This document shows, piece after piece, positions 12,046 to 21,369 of a stretch of 34,864 nt of DNA (positions within the stretch are counted from its first letter, which is position 1; each line of letters starts with the position of its first letter). The notes under the pieces are model-generated. The model saw nothing but the letters and a program-made list of their open reading frames with translations, did not search any database and had not been told where the DNA came from. The stretch is from a virus, in IMG/VR virus record IMGVR_UViG_3300045988_013397, positions 1 to 34,864 of that record; one strand, 5' to 3'. The position numbers and the translations under genes are program-made.

Positions 12046-13524
12046 ATGGCATACGCAATATACTTGAGGAAATCCCGCATAGATGAAGAAGCAGGGATAG
12101 AGAACACACTAAGCAAACACGAAACGATGCTGCGCGACATGGCCGCACGCATGGGCATACACATAGACGAAACGAACATCTACCGCGAAATAGTATCGGG
12201 AGAAAGCATAGACGCACGCCCGCAAATGCAGCGACTATTGAAAGCCGTCGAAATGGGACTATATACGGGCGTTCTGTGCGTCGAACTCGAACGCCTCAGC
12301 CGCGGAAACGGTGAGGATCAGGCGCGAATACTCCGCACGTTCCAGTTCAGCGGCACGAAAATACTAACGCTTAACAAGGTGTACGACCTTTCCAGTGATG
12401 ATGACTTCGACGAGGAATTTTTCGAGTTCGGGTTGTTCATGTCACGCCGCGAATACAAGACGATTAAACGCCGCCTGCTTCGCGGCAGACTCCAAGCGCA
12501 ACGCGACGGGTATTTCATCGGAAGCGTGCCACCATACGGGTACGGCAAACGCAAGGATGGAAAAGGGTGGACGCTATGCCCAGACCCACACGAGTCGCAC
12601 GTCGTGCGCCTCATATTCGACCGATACGCTCAAGGCGCAAAGATCAACGATATATTGCGCGAACTCCAAGCGTCCGGTGTCAAGCAACGCACGGGCAACG
12701 ACTTCACGCGCACACGAATAGGCGAAATACTGCGAAACCGAACATACCTCGGGGAACTGCAAACCAAGAGGAAAATAAAAAACCGCCGAATAATCGACGG
12801 TGAAATAAAAGAAACCTATATACGGAACAGCGGCATGGAGTACGTGCAAGGCAGACACGAGCCGATAGTCAGCGCAGACACGTTCGACCAATGCGCCGCA
12901 CGCCTGCGCACGATGGAAACACGCACACGCTACGCACACACAAACCGCAACCCGTTGGCCTCACTGGTCGTATGCGCTCAATGCGGCAAGACCATGCAGC
13001 GCACCAACGGCGCACAAGCGGAATATTTGATATGTAAGACGTTCGGCTGCACGACAAAGAGCACGAAACTTGACATAGTGGAAAGGCTTACGGTGGACGC
13101 CATACAGGCTGAATTGGAACGCCTGACCTACGTGTGGGCGGGATACGAGACAAAAGCGAATGACAACACCAACGAGCTGCAAGTCCTAGAGGCAGAGATA
13201 GACAGACGGCAGAAAATGCTCGAACGCGCCTGCGAAGCCTACGAAACGGGAATATACGATAGATCCACATATTTGCAAAGGGTGCAAAAGGTCAACGCGG
13301 AAAAGGCGGAACTGCTTGCACGGCTCGAAACTCTCCAAGACTCCGAACCGGAACACGACATGAAACGAATCCCGGTACTATCGAAGGCATTGGACGAATA
13401 CTGGACACTCGACAGTGAAAACCGCAACCGCCTGCTGAAAGGCATGGCGGAACGAATAGAATATGAAAAGACCGAGCGTGGCACGGGATTGAACCCCCGC
13501 CTGCGCGTAACTCTTAGAATCTAA
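12046..13524 (+). CDS. int: Large serine recombinase (integrase)
   Basis: N-terminal resolvase domain AIYLRKSR (catalytic Ser), recombinase domain, zinc ribbon CAQCGKTMQR ... YLICKTFGC, and a C-terminal coiled coil. 492 aa. Confidence 0.95.
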   Translation: MAYAIYLRKSRIDEEAGIENTLSKHETMLRDMAARMGIHIDETNIYREIVSGESIDARPQMQRLLKAVEMGLYTGVLCVELERLSRGNGEDQARILRTFQFSGTKILTLNKVYDLSSDDDFDEEFFEFGLFMSRREYKTIKRRLLRGRLQAQRDGYFIGSVPPYGYGKRKDGKGWTLCPDPHESHVVRLIFDRYAQGAKINDILRELQASGVKQRTGNDFTRTRIGEILRNRTYLGELQTKRKIKNRRIIDGEIKETYIRNSGMEYVQGRHEPIVSADTFDQCAARLRTMETRTRYAHTNRNPLASLVVCAQCGKTMQRTNGAQAEYLICKTFGCTTKSTKLDIVERLTVDAIQAELERLTYVWAGYETKANDNTNELQVLEAEIDRRQKMLERACEAYETGIYDRSTYLQRVQKVNAEKAELLARLETLQDSEPEHDMKRIPVLSKALDEYWTLDSENRNRLLKGMAERIEYEKTERGTGLNPRLRVTLRI

Positions 13525-13525
13525 A

Positions 13526-13571
13526 TGTTTATCATCGCGTGCCCGATTTATAGGGCACGCGATGATAAACA
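13526..13571. repeat. Perfect 19-bp inverted repeat with an 8-bp spacer: candidate attP core (or U-tract-less terminator)
   Basis: TGTTTATCATCGCGTGCCC-gatttata-GGGCACGCGATGATAAACA, starting 2 nt after the integrase stop. Confidence 0.45.
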
Positions 13572-13602
13572 GACTTACAAAACTTATAAATGGTATAAAA
13601 CG

Positions 13603-13634
13603 GGGAACCTGCAAGACAGCGGGTTCCCTTTTTT
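13603..13634. terminator. Bidirectional rho-independent terminator between the convergent int and tail-fibre genes
   Basis: GGGAACC-N12-GGTTCCC followed by TTTTTT on the plus strand, preceded by AAAAC (giving GUUUUAU on the minus strand). Confidence 0.75.
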
Positions 13635-13638
13635 GTGT

Positions 13639-15456
13639 TCAGCTTACCCGCTGCCACATGTAGCAGACCAAATACGGTGGCATATTATTGTGTGGCTTGC
13701 CTCCACCAGTCGATCCAGTCACACTCCCTTGATCCACGAGGGCATGGGAGCCAGCGCCAATGCCTGTGAGCCCCCATCCCTCAGGGTTACTCCACTCAAG
13801 CCTCACGGGGTGAGTGTGCGACGGCATCTCGGCCACGGTGAGAGTATGCTCCACTTCGCCGCCCATTTCCCCTGCTGGGAAATTCTCTTTACCGGCAGGA
13901 TACGCACCCCAGTAGTCGGTGCTGTTCGCCGCATTGGACCCTGCGCCTAACAGGAACCGGCCTTGCGATATTCGCTTCCAAGTGCCGCCGAAAAGCGTAG
14001 CCGGATTAGTGTCATTTACGCTGAGGTAGATCGAGCCGACCGGGTATGCTCCCTGAGCCGTGAGAAAAGCATTCTCGCCAAGCTGGAGCACGCCATTGGA
14101 ATCGGGGAAGCAATTCACGCCGACGCTAGACTTGGCCGTGTCAATGAAGAAGGTAGGGATACCACGCCCCAATGTAAGCGACTGTGTAGTACTGTCGAGC
14201 TTATCCGCCGTCGTGACTTCCCACTCATACGCATAATCCCTCTCGCACGTAACAGTAGATTCCACACCATTAGCGAGCGTTATGGTAGACCATGCGTCAC
14301 TGCTCCCAGCCTTGCGATATTTCGCGCTGATCGACACATCATTATTGCCATCAAGCGCCGCATACCAAGCGGTAGCCGTGATATGCGTCTCAGGCTCGAA
14401 GTTATTCTTTCGCGCCAGTGCGACGGTTGATGTCGGCTCCCACCACGATTCAACCTTGACATTGAGCATGGTGGACGTTTTAAGGCCACGCGAATCGGTG
14501 ACGCTGAATGTCAGCGGCATGTCCGATGAAACATCTACCTTGCCTAAGTCGAGTGTCCCGACGCTAGATGCCGTCTTGGTCACTCCCGCGAAAGTCGCGG
14601 CATACTCCGCGATAGTCGCGCCCTTCTGCCCGGTAGCCGCGCCGAAAGACACTTGCAAGTCAGATTGACGCTGGACAATCACCTGATTATCACCAGTCAC
14701 CGCCACCGTGGCCGCGTTAGCGTCCTTGTAGGTGACTGAGCCAAGAATTGGCGCGGCATCGCTCATGCTCATGGTACGATCAAGCGTGCTGTAGTACTCT
14801 TTGCCGCCGATAAAGGTACGCAACGCATACCGCACCGGCATTGACGCGCCGGTACACGCAGCTCTCAGCGTCTCACGCTCGGCATCCGTAAGGACAAACG
14901 TATACGTGCCGCTCTTGCCTGTGATCGCGCCCTTGCGCATGATCTGAGTACCCGAGCCGACCGGAGCGAACTCCAGATATGCGTCAGCCGTGAAGCCACC
15001 GGCATTGCTGTATGCAAGAGATGGCGTCCCAGTATCCGTGAAATCGGTGGCGCTGGTGATTGTCGCCTGTCGCGGGATATTGTCAAGCGTGATGCTGCCG
15101 TTTGCCGTAATGCTGGATACCTGCGAGCCATCAATCGCCGCATTGACATTAAACACGTCAGTGACGGTGCATGTCTTGCTACCGTCTGCATTGTGATTGA
15201 CACGGTGTGTAGTCGTGCCGAGAGCGACGCTCCCGCCCTCCTGATTGATTGCCGGTGACGTGTAATTTTGAGCCGCACCGTCAACCGTACAAGTGTTAGA
15301 GCGGCTGGAAATGTGCAGCGAATAAGCAGAGCCGATTACGAGCACATGCCGGATCGTAATATCGGAATAATTGCCGCTAATATCCTGCACGGCTGTCCAA
15401 TTAGCCTGCAGAGTATACCCGCGATAAACACCTGTGATAGTGCCAGATAACGCCAT
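13639..15456 (-). CDS. Tail fibre / receptor-binding protein with a C-terminal phage tail-collar domain
   Basis: The N-terminus (YRGYTLQANWTAVQDISGNYSDITI ... TVDG) resembles DUF859 / Gp37-like siphovirus fibre proteins. The C-terminus (GSIYLSVNDTNPATLFGGTWKRI ... GGEVEHTLTVAEMPSHTHP) is a tail-collar signature. Confidence 0.8.
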   Translation of the reverse strand: MALSGTITGVYRGYTLQANWTAVQDISGNYSDITIRHVLVIGSAYSLHISSRSNTCTVDGAAQNYTSPAINQEGGSVALGTTTHRVNHNADGSKTCTVTDVFNVNAAIDGSQVSSITANGSITLDNIPRQATITSATDFTDTGTPSLAYSNAGGFTADAYLEFAPVGSGTQIMRKGAITGKSGTYTFVLTDAERETLRAACTGASMPVRYALRTFIGGKEYYSTLDRTMSMSDAAPILGSVTYKDANAATVAVTGDNQVIVQRQSDLQVSFGAATGQKGATIAEYAATFAGVTKTASSVGTLDLGKVDVSSDMPLTFSVTDSRGLKTSTMLNVKVESWWEPTSTVALARKNNFEPETHITATAWYAALDGNNDVSISAKYRKAGSSDAWSTITLANGVESTVTCERDYAYEWEVTTADKLDSTTQSLTLGRGIPTFFIDTAKSSVGVNCFPDSNGVLQLGENAFLTAQGAYPVGSIYLSVNDTNPATLFGGTWKRISQGRFLLGAGSNAANSTDYWGAYPAGKENFPAGEMGGEVEHTLTVAEMPSHTHPVRLEWSNPEGWGLTGIGAGSHALVDQGSVTGSTGGGKPHNNMPPYLVCYMWQRVS

Positions 15457-15468
15457 AATGCTACCTCC

Positions 15469-17142
15469 TTAGCTCAGCGCGACGAATGCCACGCCGTTAT
15501 TATCGCCTGAAGCGACTGGTACGATTTTCAGTTTGCCACCGACAGCAAGCCCCTCTTCGACGTAACCATTGCGCATGGAGAAAACGCCATTTCTAGCAGT
15601 GTACGTGATACGATTGGCGGAATCATATCCGGTAAGACCATTAGCCGCGCTCACGACAATATGCGAGCCATCTGTAGCCCACATGGTCAGACCGCCATTA
15701 TCCATGCGCCCTAGCGGCGCTCCAGCCGCCGACTTGACAAGCATCACACCATTGCCATTATCCTGACCGCCAAGCGTCAAAGTACCACCCTTGATAAGGT
15801 CAGCGACTAAATTAATGACATTAATATCCTGCATATTAAGAGTGCCGTCAATCGTCCAAGCGCTCGTAAAACTGCCGCTAATCCCGCTACTGCTGAAGCC
15901 GATACCCGCGCTATTGATTCGCAGGACATTATGCGCCGATTCCTTCGGCAGTGAATCCACGACCAGAATCTGCTCGCCATCGTAAATGGCGTATGATCCT
16001 CCGGTCAGATTGGTTATCTTGCTCTCCGACTCTTTGATCCGGTCGTTGACCGTGGTGACGATCGAGGAATTAACCGCATGAGCGGCATCGGTAGCCGTCT
16101 GCTGGACAGTGCCCATCAAGCCACTTAGAGTCTGCTTGAAAGTGCCAAATTCGATGGACGTGTAGCGCTGTTGGATACAATCGAACTCGAATGATATGAC
16201 GTTGGTCATCATGTCCAAGCCCATGCGCTCGTCAATCACTTCGATAGTGTCGCCAATATCCGTGATTTTCTCAAGATTAGCCGACATCTTGTAATTGACT
16301 TTTGGCACGCAATTCTCGTTCAAATACTTTTGCGCCTGTTGGCGTAGATCGGCAAGGCACGCACGCTTGTATGCCGTCTCGTCGTTGTGTTTGCCGTCTG
16401 GTGTCTTATAGTCTTCCTGCTTGATATCAGACTGCGAAAATTGCACCGTCTTGCAATAGGGGATATCGTACTGCGTCGATGATTCCATATAGATCGACTG
16501 CTTGCCATCCAAAGCGTTCAGCAGCAGCCCATTAGCGCCTTCCGGGAGGATCTTCGTGCAAACATCACTCCAGTCATACGACGCTTCGATGCTCTTGAGA
16601 TTCTTGCCGTACCTCACCACAACGCCATTATCCGCGCCGATAGACTGCCGGATGCCGATAGTCCAACCGTCGCGTACCAAGTGCCCGCCCCACCGCTCCA
16701 AGACGGTAGTAATGGCTTCGTAGAGCGACTTTCTGACGCAACGGAACGAGCTAATCGTGTTAATGTCCGAAATTGTTTTGAATGGTGATTTTGGCTCCGT
16801 AGCGGTATTGAGATGATCAAGCGCCTGATTGCACGTCGAATCAACCACGTATGAATCTGCAATCAAATAATTGGCCGAATCATAGAAAATATGGTTGCAT
16901 TTGCACGTGATCTTAGTATGTGTAATCTCGGGATTAAGTATACGGAAAGGCTGGGCACCCTGTGGCGTATCCGCTACGATGATGTTGCCTGATTTGATCC
17001 ACGGCAAGTATTCCGTGCCGCACGTCAAATCCAAATAATAAGCGTCGTTGTCTTCCTTCCTTACTGTCGCTTTTAACGGCTGGATAACCTTATCCCCGTT
17101 AGTGGTATAAGTCTTGTCTGTTGGGCTGAAGATTCTGAGCAT
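15469..17142 (-). CDS. Tal-type tail-associated protein (phage minor structural protein, N-terminal region family)
   Basis: Track ORF trimmed to the ATG at 17142 behind GGAGGTG. MLRIFSPTDKTYTTNGDKVIQPLKATVRKEDNDAYYLDLTC matches the conserved N-terminus of siphovirus Tal / prophage-tail proteins. Confidence 0.8.
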   Translation of the reverse strand: MLRIFSPTDKTYTTNGDKVIQPLKATVRKEDNDAYYLDLTCGTEYLPWIKSGNIIVADTPQGAQPFRILNPEITHTKITCKCNHIFYDSANYLIADSYVVDSTCNQALDHLNTATEPKSPFKTISDINTISSFRCVRKSLYEAITTVLERWGGHLVRDGWTIGIRQSIGADNGVVVRYGKNLKSIEASYDWSDVCTKILPEGANGLLLNALDGKQSIYMESSTQYDIPYCKTVQFSQSDIKQEDYKTPDGKHNDETAYKRACLADLRQQAQKYLNENCVPKVNYKMSANLEKITDIGDTIEVIDERMGLDMMTNVISFEFDCIQQRYTSIEFGTFKQTLSGLMGTVQQTATDAAHAVNSSIVTTVNDRIKESESKITNLTGGSYAIYDGEQILVVDSLPKESAHNVLRINSAGIGFSSSGISGSFTSAWTIDGTLNMQDINVINLVADLIKGGTLTLGGQDNGNGVMLVKSAAGAPLGRMDNGGLTMWATDGSHIVVSAANGLTGYDSANRITYTARNGVFSMRNGYVEEGLAVGGKLKIVPVASGDNNGVAFVALS

Positions 17143-17231
17143 TATTGCACCTCCTGTGTTCAATGATATGTGGTCGGCAGGGGCGCATGATACAGTGTGC
17201 ATGTCGGGAAAGCCCCGACTTGTATTGACAA

Positions 17232-17266
17232 GTGGCGCGAGTAGCCAACTAGGATACCCGCGCCAC
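17232..17266 (-). terminator. GC-rich hairpin after the endolysin gene, within a 136-nt gap before Tal
   Basis: GTGGCGCG pairs with CGCGCCAC (8 bp, 19-nt loop). On the minus strand it is followed only by the weak U-tract TTGTCAATAC. Confidence 0.35.
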
Positions 17267-17278
17267 TATCACACTCGA

Positions 17279-18379
17279 TCAGTCAATCCGCAACACCTGA
17301 CCTGCAAAAATCAAGTTCGCATTCTTGATGCCGTTAATCTGCTGGAGGTGTTGCCAAGTCGTGCCATACTTGGCCGCGATGCCGCTGAGAGTATCTCCAG
17401 AGCGTACAGTGTACGTCTTGGCAGCTGGAGCCGCAGCAGAGCCAGTAACCCTCAACACCTGCCCCGGATAGATTTTGTTAGCGTCAGCGATACCGTTGAT
17501 CTGCTGGAGAGCCTGCCACGTAGTCCCATACTTCGCCGCGATACCTGAGAGAGTGTCCCCGCTCTTGACAGTGTACGTCTGAGCGGCAGGTGTGCCGGAA
17601 GCGCCGAGCTTCTGATTCACGATAGCTTGCACAGCGGCATAGTGATTGCCGAGCGCACGCTTGCGATTATCACCATCACCGAATTTACCGGCGATAACCT
17701 CGTCGGCAAGCTGAGCATCACTCTTGCCAGCGAGCGGGTCAACCGGAGCCGGAGCCGGAGCGGGAGTGCCGGAAGCGCCAGCGTACTTCTGCCAAGCGGT
17801 AGCGTCGCCGTAGAACTTGTTAAGGTCGAGATTGCCGCCCCAGCCGGGGAGTCGCCCAGCGCTTGAATACTGCCGAATCGCACAGCTATACGCACCCTCA
17901 TTCCAAGGGGTAGCCTGATACCCCGTGGCGTTCATGTCGGCATATTGGGCGATCCACAGGCCGCAATCATGACGCTTGGCAACCGCAGCAGTCGGAGCAT
18001 ACGCGGAAGCCTGCACATAAATCAACGGCTTGATGCCGGTACGCTCGATCACGCGAGACACAAGCGTCTCAAGGTAGGCGTAGTTACCCCACGCCCTATT
18101 GGAACCGCCCTCCCAGTCGATGCACAGGATACCCTTGCCAAGATAACCCTTGATATTGTCCACGTAGTAATCGGCTTCCGCTACAGCGCCGGAGCCGTCC
18201 ACGTAATGATACGTGCCCCAACACTTACCCAGCTTAATGCACTGCTGGATTACGCGGTCACAATCAGGATTCACGTAGGTCACGCCTTGCGAGACTTTTT
18301 CAATCACAAAGTCGCAAGGCACTTTGCTTACATCGATTCCAGCTTGCCAAGAACTCACGTCGATTCCTTGAAGCGCCAT
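17279..18379 (-). CDS. Endolysin: GH25 muramidase plus two LysM repeats
   Basis: [16 protein letters not shown] ... FVIEKVSQG ... YHYV is a GH25 N-terminus. A PAPAPAP linker follows. There are two LysM copies, TYTV(K/R)[24 protein letters not shown]. No signal peptide. Confidence 0.95.
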   Translation of the reverse strand: MALQGIDVSSWQAGIDVSKVPCDFVIEKVSQGVTYVNPDCDRVIQQCIKLGKCWGTYHYVDGSGAVAEADYYVDNIKGYLGKGILCIDWEGGSNRAWGNYAYLETLVSRVIERTGIKPLIYVQASAYAPTAAVAKRHDCGLWIAQYADMNATGYQATPWNEGAYSCAIRQYSSAGRLPGWGGNLDLNKFYGDATAWQKYAGASGTPAPAPAPVDPLAGKSDAQLADEVIAGKFGDGDNRKRALGNHYAAVQAIVNQKLGASGTPAAQTYTVKSGDTLSGIAAKYGTTWQALQQINGIADANKIYPGQVLRVTGSAAAPAAKTYTVRSGDTLSGIAAKYGTTWQHLQQINGIKNANLIFAGQVLRID

Positions 18380-18381
18380 GA

Positions 18382-18984
18382 TTATTCCTCCTTGTATATT
18401 CTGAACCTATGCCCATTGCACAGATGTGTTTCGCCTTTAATGTTAGCTTGGATTGTGTGCAAAGACCGCCCGTTTTGCCTAGCTGCTTCGCTCATTGAGC
18501 GGTATATAACCCCATCGTCTCTGATCACTTTCACGCAGCAAGCGTCACTCCAATGTTTCCGGGCTTTATCTGTATACATGTCCTTCACTGATTCGACCAC
18601 GTTGATAAGACCAAGCTCGATAGCATATACAGTGTTCTGCGAACGAGTACACCACCTGAGATTTGAAGCGTTGTTGTTGAGCTTATTCCCGTCTATGTGG
18701 TCTACTACATCGTATTTATTCGGGTTGTCACAGAACGCTGTTGCTACCAGTCTATGGACTCGAAACGTCCTAGTCTTACCGTCTTTGCATAGTACGACTT
18801 GCATGTATCCTTTGATGCCATTAGGATACTGCTTCAGCGTGCGTTCACTACGGTGCTGTTCTTCGATAAAGCCGTATTTATTTAGGTGTTTGACTGTTCT
18901 TTTGCAACTCTTGACGTTGCCCATGTTGCTGACTTGATACAAGCCTTCATAGCCTTGCACGTCACGCCATACTTCATTACTCAT
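18382..18984 (-). CDS. Free-standing HNH homing endonuclease (NUMOD4 + HNH_3, I-HmuI-like)
   Basis: [21 protein letters not shown] (NUMOD4). [36 protein letters not shown] (HNH). ATG at 18984 behind GGAAGGTGA; the track uses the GTG at 18993. Confidence 0.9.
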   Translation of the reverse strand: MSNEVWRDVQGYEGLYQVSNMGNVKSCKRTVKHLNKYGFIEEQHRSERTLKQYPNGIKGYMQVVLCKDGKTRTFRVHRLVATAFCDNPNKYDVVDHIDGNKLNNNASNLRWCTRSQNTVYAIELGLINVVESVKDMYTDKARKHWSDACCVKVIRDDGVIYRSMSEAARQNGRSLHTIQANIKGETHLCNGHRFRIYKEE

Positions 18985-19023
18985 GTTAATCACCTTCCCA
19001 AGTGACTGATTCCCGATAGTGTG

Positions 19024-19083
19024 TAAGTACCGGCTTAGCGTGGGAATTAACGCTTTTTCGGGAGCTACCCTAGCCGGTACTTA
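19024..19083. repeat. 12-bp perfect inverted repeat enclosing a small hairpin, between the BppU-like and HNH genes
   Basis: TAAGTACCGGCT (19024-19035) pairs with AGCCGGTACTTA (19072-19083). The inner hairpin is AGCGT-N8-ACGCT. Confidence 0.45.
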
Positions 19084-19113
19084 TACAATTCTAGCACTAC
19101 CTATAGATTGTGG

Positions 19114-20622
19114 TCACTTTGCCTCGAGCGCCTCGACCTTGGTCTCAAGCGCATTAATCCTATTCAACAGTGCTTGCACGTCGATGGTGCCGTCAGCCGA
19201 CACGTTGATTCCAGCGCCAATCTTGACACCACCCACAGTGGATGTGGATGCCGGTTTAAGCATGAGCATGTAGCTCGATGAGCTATCAATGGTTTGCTTT
19301 GTGAATGACGTAGCGTCGATTGCCAAGCACAGCAGACCCGATGCACCGCCAATACCGATTGGAATATTCGCGGTACCGCCCTTGATAGGGCCGGTTGTGC
19401 GTACCTGAACGAGGCCATTAGGGTCGATTGACAAGCCTGCGCCGACCTTGACACCATTTTCTCCCTTGTCCCCCTTCGGGATAGTGAAGTCAAGCACGAC
19501 ATCCTTAGCAGTACTCGAATTCACCACACTAGCCTGCGTACCCGGCGCACCCGTCGTGACCTTGCCAATCGACACCGTATTCCCGCCAGTACCGATTGGT
19601 GTGACATCAAGATACTTGCCGCCGCGTGCATACCACGAAACGGTAAAATCAGGGTGATACCCAACATCCTGCTGGGGCGTCGTGTAATAAGCCATCGAAA
19701 AAGACACAGCACCGGCAGGATGGCCTCCGACAGCCTCTAGACTGATACCAGCCGACACGTCCGCATTATTCATCGAATCATTGCAGAATCGGTAAATGTG
19801 AGTCCCTGCACTGTCGATGAAATCGAAAAGCTCGGCCTTCGGCAGATACTTGTCAGCGATAGCGCCAAGAATAAGATTATACGATCCATGCCCAGCTTTC
19901 TGGATCAAAGCCGAATCGCAGCTTACGCGGCAGGTCACAAGAGCCGTGACCGGATCATACGTGGCACGGCAGTAAAGACGCCCCGAAAGAGACGAGACGA
20001 GCTTGCTCACGTCCAATGCCACGTTTAAGACTTCAGTGGTGTTAGCGTCTACGACAAGCCCTCTGATATCCTTGGCAGTCCGGTTCATCGTGTCAGCCTT
20101 GGAAGACATGGACTTTGTGAAATCAGCATACTTCGTGTCCATCTGCGCGGTTTTGTCAGCAACCGCCTTCGACACGCTCGCTATTTTGTCATCAACCCTC
20201 TTCGACACGCTATCGGTGTATTGATCATAGAGCGTCCTGTCATCAGCGCTTGCCGCCGAATCACGACGCATACTGGCCGCTTCAACCTCGATGAGGAAAT
20301 TCTGCGTGCCGATAGGATTACCGTCCGCATCGAAAATCACCAATTCCGCCGCGTGCTTGCCCGAGACCTTGGTCATCTCCTGATTGATCGTGAAGCTCAC
20401 CTTGCCGCCGGTACCCACAGTGCAAGTGCGGGAGAACTCCACGCCATCAGCCCGAGTACCATCGACACGAGCCACCATGCCGTCAATCTGTGCCAATTCG
20501 CGCCCATCATAGACCGTGAACACGATAGTGCGTGAGCCAGTATCGAACTGAGACATTTTAACTACCGGATACTCGCCGGTAGCCTTCAAATCGATATCGT
20601 AATTTTGGGTAATTACAGCCAT
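19114..20622 (-). CDS. BppU-N-domain baseplate / tail-fibre protein with a C-terminal coiled coil
   Basis: Track ORF trimmed to the ATG at 20622 behind GGAGGA. ITQNYDIDLKATGEYPVVKMSQFDTGSRTIVFTVYDG matches the BppU_N (DUF2479) pattern. The C-terminus is LLNRINALETKVEALEAK. Confidence 0.7.
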   Translation of the reverse strand: MAVITQNYDIDLKATGEYPVVKMSQFDTGSRTIVFTVYDGRELAQIDGMVARVDGTRADGVEFSRTCTVGTGGKVSFTINQEMTKVSGKHAAELVIFDADGNPIGTQNFLIEVEAASMRRDSAASADDRTLYDQYTDSVSKRVDDKIASVSKAVADKTAQMDTKYADFTKSMSSKADTMNRTAKDIRGLVVDANTTEVLNVALDVSKLVSSLSGRLYCRATYDPVTALVTCRVSCDSALIQKAGHGSYNLILGAIADKYLPKAELFDFIDSAGTHIYRFCNDSMNNADVSAGISLEAVGGHPAGAVSFSMAYYTTPQQDVGYHPDFTVSWYARGGKYLDVTPIGTGGNTVSIGKVTTGAPGTQASVVNSSTAKDVVLDFTIPKGDKGENGVKVGAGLSIDPNGLVQVRTTGPIKGGTANIPIGIGGASGLLCLAIDATSFTKQTIDSSSSYMLMLKPASTSTVGGVKIGAGINVSADGTIDVQALLNRINALETKVEALEAK

Positions 20623-20633
20623 AATCAATCCTC

Positions 20634-21356
20634 CTAGATCCATCGTGAATAATCTTCGATGGTGAGACTACTAACCGTCCCACTCCATTTTATCGAATGT
20701 TTGCCCGGCGAAAGCGTCAGCCTCTGATAGTCTCCGGTAATATGCCGGTTCATTAACGCGCCTTCCGGCGTGGACGCTTCAAGATTGGCAACATCGATCA
20801 CAAGCGTGTAATCGCCCGTGTTGGCGACCTGCAAGACCTGCGAGCCATCAAGATACAAGCCGATATTACCGCTAGCCTTGATGGTGATTTTCGGTGCCGC
20901 CGACACATTCCCCGCATTCGTCACCACCGCCTGAGCGTCCGCATTCGTAAAGACTTTCGGCCGCTGGAGCCTGCCAGTCTTATACGGCTGGACGTGGAGC
21001 TTCACGTCAGCCGTCCGATACCGCACTAATCGCTCGAAATCAATGTTTTCAAGCTGCTGGAATCGGTACGCTTTATCAGGCTCATTGCTGAATGTGATCG
21101 TGCCACTAGTGGCGAAGAATTCCACCACCTTGTCAATGTCGAATCCGCCATGCAGACCGATGCTTAGCGTTTTGTCGTAAGCCTGATATCCAAGCGTGGT
21201 GATGATATCACCGTCCCTGCCGTCGATTTCCTCCGCGTTATAACGCATCTTAGGCTTCGTGATCGGCGGAAGCGAAGTCACAATAAGGCCAGTCACGCCA
21301 TATGACGGCTTGTCATTGATAAGCACCCAAGGACGGGTATACGCAAAACCTTCCAT
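20634..21356 (-). CDS. Distal tail protein (Dit, siphovirus tail component)
   Basis: 240 aa immediately downstream of the TMP gene. The EIDGRDGDI motif and size are typical of the Sipho_tail family. Confidence 0.8.
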   Translation of the reverse strand: MEGFAYTRPWVLINDKPSYGVTGLIVTSLPPITKPKMRYNAEEIDGRDGDIITTLGYQAYDKTLSIGLHGGFDIDKVVEFFATSGTITFSNEPDKAYRFQQLENIDFERLVRYRTADVKLHVQPYKTGRLQRPKVFTNADAQAVVTNAGNVSAAPKITIKASGNIGLYLDGSQVLQVANTGDYTLVIDVANLEASTPEGALMNRHITGDYQRLTLSPGKHSIKWSGTVSSLTIEDYSRWI

Positions 21357-21369
21357 ACTTCAATCCTCC

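Noticed and set aside
13639-15456. Diversity-generating retroelement targeting the fibre C-terminus, or nested ORFs such as 14865-15284
   Set aside because: There is no reverse transcriptase gene and no template/variable repeat pair in the window. The nested ORFs are out-of-frame R/S-rich shadows.
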